From an uncultured Candidatus Actinomarina sp. (lineage in GTDB: Bacteria; Actinomycetota; Acidimicrobiia; Actinomarinales; Actinomarinaceae), in contig CACHTH010000006.1 of assembly GCA_902582695.1 (NCBI GenBank), positions 929-64,928 of the forward strand: DNA of 64,000 nucleotides, in the 5' to 3' direction. A program made the translations under genes and the position numbers. Positions 58,035 to 64,000 of this stretch are shown one piece after another; position 1 is the first letter of the stretch, and each line of letters opens with the position of its first letter. Under the pieces are notes generated by a model. It did no database searches. It saw only the letters and a list, made by a program, of their open reading frames with translations, and was not told where the DNA came from.

Positions 58035-58646
58035 ATGGAAAACTTTAATCCCGACCCTAAACCAGGAAGAATCGTACTTCCACTTGTATTGATTGGTATG
58101 ATTGCAACAACATATACTTTTATAAACAGAGTCTCAACAAACAATAATCTAGAAATAGTTGCTGAAGAAACTCCAGTTGAAACAATTTCAGAAGAAACAA
58201 CTGTTGAAGATACTTCAACAACTACTACAACTACTACACTTCCTGATAATTATGTTGCTTATCTTGAAGAATTAACAGCAGAGAAAATTCAAGCAACAGA
58301 ACTTGGTAAAGATGTCTTAGAAGCAAACGAAAATTGGGACAATCAAAGTGTTACATACCAAGAAGCTAAAGATGAATTTAAAGCAAACATTTCAACTGCA
58401 GAGAAATTTGTTACAACTGTCTCTGAACCTGGACCACCAAGTGAATTTGCTAGTTTGGTCACAAGCCATGAAGAGTTAAAGACTCTTGTTAATTTAATTT
58501 ATGAAGACACTATTGAATTACTGTCTGGTCTTGAATCTTCTGATACGGGAGAACAAAGAGCAGCAGCTCTTGATTCGTTTAATAGAAACTTAGATCAGTT
58601 TATTAAAAAGATCGAAGAGGTGGTTGCGTCAGCAACTTCTAGCTAG
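58035..58646 (+). CDS. hypothetical membrane-anchored protein with E/T-rich linker
   Basis: N-terminal TM helix (IVLPLVLIGMIATTY), followed by EETPVETISEETTVEDTSTTTTTTT and a helical domain. Confidence 0.4.
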   Translation: MENFNPDPKPGRIVLPLVLIGMIATTYTFINRVSTNNNLEIVAEETPVETISEETTVEDTSTTTTTTTLPDNYVAYLEELTAEKIQATELGKDVLEANENWDNQSVTYQEAKDEFKANISTAEKFVTTVSEPGPPSEFASLVTSHEELKTLVNLIYEDTIELLSGLESSDTGEQRAAALDSFNRNLDQFIKKIEEVVASATSS

Positions 58647-59667
58647 AAGCTGCTGAACAAACTGTATCAATCATTAACATAGCAATTACATAAGGATCGC
58701 CATTAGCATTGGGCCTTCTATCTTCTAGATAGCCCTTTTTGTCTACTTCAACTTGCCAAGGGATTCTTATTGATGCTCCTCTGTCGCTAACTCCATAAGA
58801 AAAAGTATCAAAACTTTGAGTTTCATGGTCACCTGTTAGCCTGTCTTCAATATTTGCACCATAATTTTTTACATGCAAATCAGCATTTTTACCTAGAGCT
58901 TCACATCCTGCAACAATTGCATCGTATCCACCATCTTCTCTCATTTGTTTAGTCGAAAAGTTGGTATGCATACCAGCACCATTCCAATCACCTTTTACAG
59001 GTTTTGGATTTAGAGTTGCAGAAATATTCCAATCTTCAGCTATTCTATAAAGCAACCATCTAGCAACCCAAATTTGGTCACCAATGTCTGGTGCACCTAC
59101 GGGTCCAATTTGAAACTCCCATTGACCAGGCATAACTTCAGCATTTGTACCTGAAATACCTAATCCAGCTTCTATGCAAGCAGTTGCATGGGCTTCAGAA
59201 ATTGCTCTTCCATAGACTTCATCTGCACCAACACCACAGTAGTAACCACCTTGAGGTGCCGGGTATCCTGATGGAGGAAATCCTAAAGGTTGGCCGTATT
59301 TAAGTGAGTCATAAGACTGTTCATAAAATGTATACTCTTGTTCCATCCCAAACCAAGGCTCGAATTCACCAAAATTTTCAGCTGACTCTACCAATGCAGC
59401 TCTAGTATTTGATGCATGTGGTGTCATGTCTACATTCATAACTTCACACATCACCAAAATATTTTCTCCACCTCTAATTGGGTCAGGAAATTGTGCAACT
59501 GGCTTTAACACGCAATCAGATTGGTCACCTGTTGCCTGTTGAGTACTAGAACCATCAAAACCCCAAATAGGAGGCTCAGTTCCTTGATCGATTATTTTTG
59601 TTTTACTCCTTAATTTTGCGGTCGGAGTTAGACCGTCAATCCATATATATTCTGCTTTTATCTTCAT
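58639..59667 (-). CDS. glnII: glutamine synthetase type II
   Basis: 342 aa. KAEYIWIDG, FDGSST, MEQEY, NAEVMPGQWEFQIGP and GAGMHTNFS blocks of eukaryote-like GSII. Confidence 0.85.
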   Translation of the reverse strand: MKIKAEYIWIDGLTPTAKLRSKTKIIDQGTEPPIWGFDGSSTQQATGDQSDCVLKPVAQFPDPIRGGENILVMCEVMNVDMTPHASNTRAALVESAENFGEFEPWFGMEQEYTFYEQSYDSLKYGQPLGFPPSGYPAPQGGYYCGVGADEVYGRAISEAHATACIEAGLGISGTNAEVMPGQWEFQIGPVGAPDIGDQIWVARWLLYRIAEDWNISATLNPKPVKGDWNGAGMHTNFSTKQMREDGGYDAIVAGCEALGKNADLHVKNYGANIEDRLTGDHETQSFDTFSYGVSDRGASIRIPWQVEVDKKGYLEDRRPNANGDPYVIAMLMIDTVCSAASS

Positions 59668-59730
59668 GGAAATAATGTAATATATATTTCATGCAATGTT
59701 GTTACAGAATTATTAAATAATTGTTTCGAG

Positions 59731-60360
59731 ATGATAGATACATATATAAACATAGATAAAGAACATAAAAACTTCGAAGACTTATTAAAATCTTCTGGTG
59801 TAAAAAAACTCGTCATTAAGAATATACAAACACCGAAGCAAATACATTTAGTTGTAACATCACTTTCTAAATACGGTGAAACTAAGAAAAATTTGTCAGA
59901 TTTAGAATCCTCCACTAAACCTTTTCCTACTTTAATTATTGTAAATGAAGTTGATTTTGAACAAACAGTTGACCTAATTCAAAACCCTCAAATTGAATTA
60001 ATTTCGAGTAATAGCAAATTAGAAGAAGTTGGTGCAAGAGTTCACGCACTAGTAGGTGATAGTGAATCAGAAATACTTGAATTCAAAGACCTTAGTATTA
60101 ATTTAAAAACTTATGAAGCAAAAGCGGGTGATGTATTGCTCGATCTTACATTTATGGAATACGAGTTATTAAAGTTTTTTGTTGTGAACCAGGAAAATGT
60201 TTGGTCAAGAGAGCAGCTTCTCGAAAAGGTTTGGGGTTACGATTATTTTGGTGGTGCAAGAACAGTTGATGTTCATGTCAGAAGACTAAGAGCAAAGCTT
60301 GGTGACCAGAGAAATGATTGGATTAAAACAGTACACTCAGTCGGCTACAAATTTAACTAA
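59731..60360 (+). CDS. OmpR/PhoB-type winged-helix regulator with degenerate receiver domain (GlnR-like orphan)
   Basis: C-terminal LTFMEYELLKFF...VWSREQLLEKVWGYDYFGGARTVDVHVRRLRAKL...TVHSVGYKF. I cannot find the acidic pocket or a phospho-acceptor Asp in the N-terminal half. Confidence 0.7.
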   Translation: MIDTYINIDKEHKNFEDLLKSSGVKKLVIKNIQTPKQIHLVVTSLSKYGETKKNLSDLESSTKPFPTLIIVNEVDFEQTVDLIQNPQIELISSNSKLEEVGARVHALVGDSESEILEFKDLSINLKTYEAKAGDVLLDLTFMEYELLKFFVVNQENVWSREQLLEKVWGYDYFGGARTVDVHVRRLRAKLGDQRNDWIKTVHSVGYKFN

Positions 60361-60706
60361 AGCTGTTACCGCAACCACAGGTTCTGGATACATTAGGATT
60401 ATCAATGGAGAAACCTGTTTCCATTAATCCTTCCTTATAATCTAGAGTTGCACCTTTGATATGTTCTAGGCTTTGACCATCAACAACAATATTGACTCCG
60501 TCGTACTCTTCTATTACATCACCATCAAATTTGTCTGTATCAAAGAACATTTCGTAAGAATAGCCAGAACAACCTCCTGGTTTTACTCCCATTCTAAGAA
60601 AGCTATCTTCTGCTGTCTCTTCTGATTTTAGTTCTACAAGCTTTTTTACAGCACTATCAGTTGCAAGAACTGCTCTTGATGATTTGATTTGTATATCCAT
60701 ATACAA
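60353..60706 (-). CDS. IscA/ErpA/HesB-type iron-sulfur cluster insertion protein
   Basis: GGCSGYSY and the C-terminal CGCGNSF motif. Confidence 0.8.
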   Translation of the reverse strand: MYMDIQIKSSRAVLATDSAVKKLVELKSEETAEDSFLRMGVKPGGCSGYSYEMFFDTDKFDGDVIEEYDGVNIVVDGQSLEHIKGATLDYKEGLMETGFSIDNPNVSRTCGCGNSFS

Positions 60707-60777
60707 ATTATAACAAGAAAACGGATATTCAATAAATTAATAATTACATCTTTCACAAATGTACTTAGAATATTCCT

Positions 60778-61905
60778 ATGACACAAAGTGATATATTGTT
60801 AAAACACTTATCTACAGTTTTTGATCCTGAGCTAGGAGCTAATATTGTTGAGCTTGGGATGGTTAAAAAAGTTGATCATGAAGGATCTACCGTCAAAATA
60901 GACCTTGCTTTAACGATTGCAGATTGTCCCATGAGAAGTCAAATTGAAAAAGAAATCACTAGAAAACTGACGTTACTTGAAAATGTTGAAACGGTTGAAA
61001 TTAATGTTGTTGCTATGGATCAAAAAGATAGAACTGCTGTTATGGAAAAAGCAAGAAAAAAAGCAAGGGAAAACGCCCAACCAACAAAGATTGATCCAAG
61101 AACTAGAGTAATCGCAATAGGTAGTGGTAAAGGTGGTGTCGGCAAATCTACTTTATCAACAAATATTGCACTTGGGTTATCAAAAAAAGGATTTAAAACA
61201 GGGCTTCTAGATGCAGATATTTGGGGATTTTCTATTCCTAGACTTCTAGGAATTAAAGGAAGAATTGAAGCAAACGAAGATAAACTAATGGTTCCGTTTG
61301 TGTATGACAACTTAAAAGTTATTTCAACCGGACTTATCACTAGTGATGAAGACACTGCACTCATGTGGCGTGGATTAATGTTGAGTAAGGCATTGGAACA
61401 ATTTCTAACAAATGTGGAGTGGGGAGATCTTGATTACTTAATAATTGACCTTCCACCGGGTACAGGCGATATTCAAATGGCATTAAGTAGATTACTTCCA
61501 CAAGCCGAACTTATAGTTGTTACAACTCCACAGCTTATGGCACAAAAAGTTGCAACTAGAGTTGCTGATATGGCAAAAAGAAGTTTTATACCGCTTTTAG
61601 GTGTAATCGAAAATATGTCGTACTTTGAAACAAATACTGGCGATAAATTTAATATATTTGGCCAAGGTGGAGGAGATGCACTAGCAGAACAGTTCGCTCT
61701 TCCAATGCTTGGGAAAATTCCTATCAGTGAAGACACAAATGATATTGCAGATGATGGGACACCTTTAATACTTCAAGAAAAAAATACCCCTACTAAAACA
61801 GAAATTGAAAAACTTATTTCTGTAATAGCTGAAAAGTTGCCTCCAATAGTAGACGAAACCTGTACTGGGCGTCTAGCAAAGGTTTTTGAAGAGCTTGCAA
61901 AGTAA
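60778..61905 (+). CDS. mrp: Mrp/ApbC-family Fe-S cluster carrier ATPase with N-terminal DUF59
   Basis: DPELGANIVELGMV (DUF59), deviant Walker A GSGKGGVGKST, and DLPPGTGD. Confidence 0.85.
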   Translation: MTQSDILLKHLSTVFDPELGANIVELGMVKKVDHEGSTVKIDLALTIADCPMRSQIEKEITRKLTLLENVETVEINVVAMDQKDRTAVMEKARKKARENAQPTKIDPRTRVIAIGSGKGGVGKSTLSTNIALGLSKKGFKTGLLDADIWGFSIPRLLGIKGRIEANEDKLMVPFVYDNLKVISTGLITSDEDTALMWRGLMLSKALEQFLTNVEWGDLDYLIIDLPPGTGDIQMALSRLLPQAELIVVTTPQLMAQKVATRVADMAKRSFIPLLGVIENMSYFETNTGDKFNIFGQGGGDALAEQFALPMLGKIPISEDTNDIADDGTPLILQEKNTPTKTEIEKLISVIAEKLPPIVDETCTGRLAKVFEELAK

Positions 61906-63200
61906 TGGAAAATATTTCAGTAAATAACTTAGTTGAATCAACAAACTCTAATCTTCCTCGAGATATAAAGATTGAATTCGCAAAGAATATTCTTTCATCA
62001 ATTAAAAATCCTGAGAATGCAAAAAAAGAGTTCGAATTATTAATTAACAAACTAAGTTTGAAAAAACAAAGGGAAATTATAAATGCAACCGGTACTGTAC
62101 TTCATACAAACTTAGGTAGATCCCCAGTAAATGTGTCTTTTTCAGGAATGTACACAAATATAGAATACGACTTAACAACTGCTTCAAGAGGTAATCGCAA
62201 TGATTATTTAACAGAGTCTATGAAGGTTCTATTAGGAGTTGAAAATGTAGCTTTTGTAAACAACAACGCTTCCTCTCTATACCTATCTTTACTGTGTCTA
62301 GCAAAAAAACACAGTAAAGATACAGTCATAGTTTCCCGAGGTGAAATCATTGAAATTGGAGGTTCTTACAGGCTTCCAGATATAATATCTGAAACTGGCA
62401 TGAATTTAATTGAAGTTGGTACAACAAATAAAACTCGTTTAAGTGATTATGAGGGTGCCTTAAGAAAATATCCTAACTCTGTTGTGTTAAAAGTTCATAG
62501 AAGTAATTTTTCAATTAGTGGATTTACCGAAGAAGTTGGAATTGCTGAACTTGCTGATTTAAAAAATAAATATGAAACTTTACTAATCCATGATCTGGGT
62601 AGTGGCCTTGTAATTGAAAACTCTTTTCTATCAAAACACGGTTTATCCATATTTGAACAAGAGCCTAGGGTGCAGCAATCCATAAAAGATGGCGTTGACA
62701 TTGTGATGTTCTCTGGAGATAAGTTATTTGGCTCAGTGCAATCTGGAATTATTGCTGGAAAAAACGAATTGATTAATTCATTAAAAAACTTCAGTATCTT
62801 CAGAACATACAGATGCTCAGATATAGTTTTATATGAACTTCAAAAAACTACAGAATTATATATTCAAAAAAATGAAGAGGATATTCCATTTTGGAACCTT
62901 CTAAAAAAAACTTACTCGGAGCTAGAAAGTAGATTTGAAAAAATAACCGAAAATAACAATATTAAACACAAAATAATTAATGGTGAAAGCCTAATTGGAG
63001 GTGGAACACTGCCGAACATAACTCTCAGTTCTCCTTTAATGGTTCTAGATGTTGATAAATCAGAAAAAGTTTTGATGAAACTAATTAGTAACGAATATCC
63101 AATCATCCCAAGAGTTGTTGATGGAAAAATAAATATTGATTTGAGGAGTGTATTCGAAAATCAAGATGATGAAATTGCTAAATTTCTTAATTCATTATGA
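61905..63200 (+). CDS. selA: L-seryl-tRNA(Sec) selenium transferase
   Basis: INATGTVLHTNLGRSP and the PLP-lysine block FSGDKLFGSVQSGIIAGK. Confidence 0.85.
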   Translation: MENISVNNLVESTNSNLPRDIKIEFAKNILSSIKNPENAKKEFELLINKLSLKKQREIINATGTVLHTNLGRSPVNVSFSGMYTNIEYDLTTASRGNRNDYLTESMKVLLGVENVAFVNNNASSLYLSLLCLAKKHSKDTVIVSRGEIIEIGGSYRLPDIISETGMNLIEVGTTNKTRLSDYEGALRKYPNSVVLKVHRSNFSISGFTEEVGIAELADLKNKYETLLIHDLGSGLVIENSFLSKHGLSIFEQEPRVQQSIKDGVDIVMFSGDKLFGSVQSGIIAGKNELINSLKNFSIFRTYRCSDIVLYELQKTTELYIQKNEEDIPFWNLLKKTYSELESRFEKITENNNIKHKIINGESLIGGGTLPNITLSSPLMVLDVDKSEKVLMKLISNEYPIIPRVVDGKINIDLRSVFENQDDEIAKFLNSL

Positions 63201-64000
63201 CCGTATTAGCGACAGCTGGCCATGTTGATCATGGAAAGTCCACATTAGTTAATTTCTTAACAGGACAAGAAACTGACCGCTTAAAAGAGGAAAAGCAAAG
63301 AGGCCTAACCATTAGCCTTGGCTATACATACTTTGATTATGAAGAGAAAAGATTTTCAATTGTTGATGTGCCGGGTCACTCCGATTATTTTAAAAATACA
63401 ATTAGTGGTTTCTCCAACGTTGATGGAGTTTTGTTTTGTGTTGACTCAACCCAAGGTTGGTCTCAACAGTCAGAAGAACATTTTTTATCACTCATAAATC
63501 TAGGAATTAATAATCTACTTTTTTTCCTGACTAAAACAGATAAAAAAGATATCGTGTTTGGCAAAAATGAATTGATAAATAAATTAATTGACTTCAAAGA
63601 GATTAATCACTCGTTGGTTGAGTTTAGTTCAATAAATAGTGATAAAAAATCAGTACAAAAAATTATTTATGAATTTTTTAACAAACCTGAGTCAAATATA
63701 AATCCTCCTTCTTTGTGGGTAGATAGAGTATTTTCTATCGAAGGAATAGGAAAAGTAATTACTGGAACAGCAAGTAAAAATATGAGTTTTGACAGGGTGT
63801 TTGTAGATGATCAACAAACTCAATTAGATATAAGAGAAGTAGAGTCAGTGGGTCAAAAATTGAATACTTTAATTACCTCCTCTTCAAGAATTGCAATATC
63901 TTTAAAAAATAATAAAAGTGATCCAGGAAAAGGAAGTTTGTTAACTAATCAATTAATTGAAAAAGCTACTTATATGCTTATAAGACCAAATACAGATTCG
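63197..64000 (+). CDS. selB: selenocysteine-specific elongation factor (partial, continues beyond window)
   Basis: Not in the ORF track because it is open-ended. My translation from ATG 63197 gives MTVLATAGHVDHGKSTLVNFLTG...RGLTISLGY...DVPGH...TKTD, the GTPase G1-G4 motifs. ATGA overlap with selA. Confidence 0.8.
   Translation, partial: MTVLATAGHVDHGKSTLVNFLTGQETDRLKEEKQRGLTISLGYTYFDYEEKRFSIVDVPGHSDYFKNTISGFSNVDGVLFCVDSTQGWSQQSEEHFLSLINLGINNLLFFLTKTDKKDIVFGKNELINKLIDFKEINHSLVEFSSINSDKKSVQKIIYEFFNKPESNINPPSLWVDRVFSIEGIGKVITGTASKNMSFDRVFVDDQQTQLDIREVESVGQKLNTLITSSSRIAISLKNNKSDPGKGSLLTNQLIEKATYMLIRPNTDS

Noticed and set aside
59701-59727. GTTAC-n17-GTTTC upstream of the regulator gene as a GlnR-box (gTnAc-n6-GaAAc) candidate
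   Set aside because: Only the outer pentamers fit, and the middle half-site (ATTAA) is poor. Such pentamers are easily found by chance, and this cannot be evaluated without other nitrogen promoters.

Overview
Very AT-rich, extremely gene-dense bacterial window. I recognise no rRNA, CRISPR, transposase or integrase ORF. About 1-47.1 kb is one continuous cell-surface glycan biosynthesis island. It holds about 20 glycosyltransferases (GT2, GT4, GT8, GT10, GT25, exostosin-like), GDP-fucose genes (gmd, fcl) and a CDP-3,6-dideoxyhexose set (rfbF/G/H-like). It also holds two DegT aminotransferases, a sugar N-formyltransferase, FkbM-type and C-methyltransferases, three GT-C-like membrane proteins, two polyprenyl-phosphate GT2 synthases, a Wzy-like protein and a fused ABC exporter. 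The island ends at a tRNA-Asp/tRNA-Phe pair. The 3' half of tRNA-Phe is perfectly duplicated 1 kb away, and the two copies bracket a visibly higher-GC GNAT cassette. A further degraded copy lies at 41.58 kb. The 48.3-55.5 kb stretch holds the initiating phosphoglycosyltransferase, an O-antigen-ligase-like protein, a GT4 and a TagA/WecG enzyme, interleaved with tRNA-Lys and tRNA-Arg. The 55.5-64 kb stretch is housekeeping: argS, type II glutamine synthetase with a divergent atypical OmpR-type regulator, Fe-S carrier genes, and selA-selB (selB runs off the window). The gene content (GlnII plus GlnR-like regulator, DUF2236, DUF59-Mrp, TagA) suggests a streamlined low-GC actinobacterium-like lineage, but that is only a guess. 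All functional calls come from motifs read in the supplied translations; no database search was possible. Start codons are often uncertain, whereas stop codons are firm.
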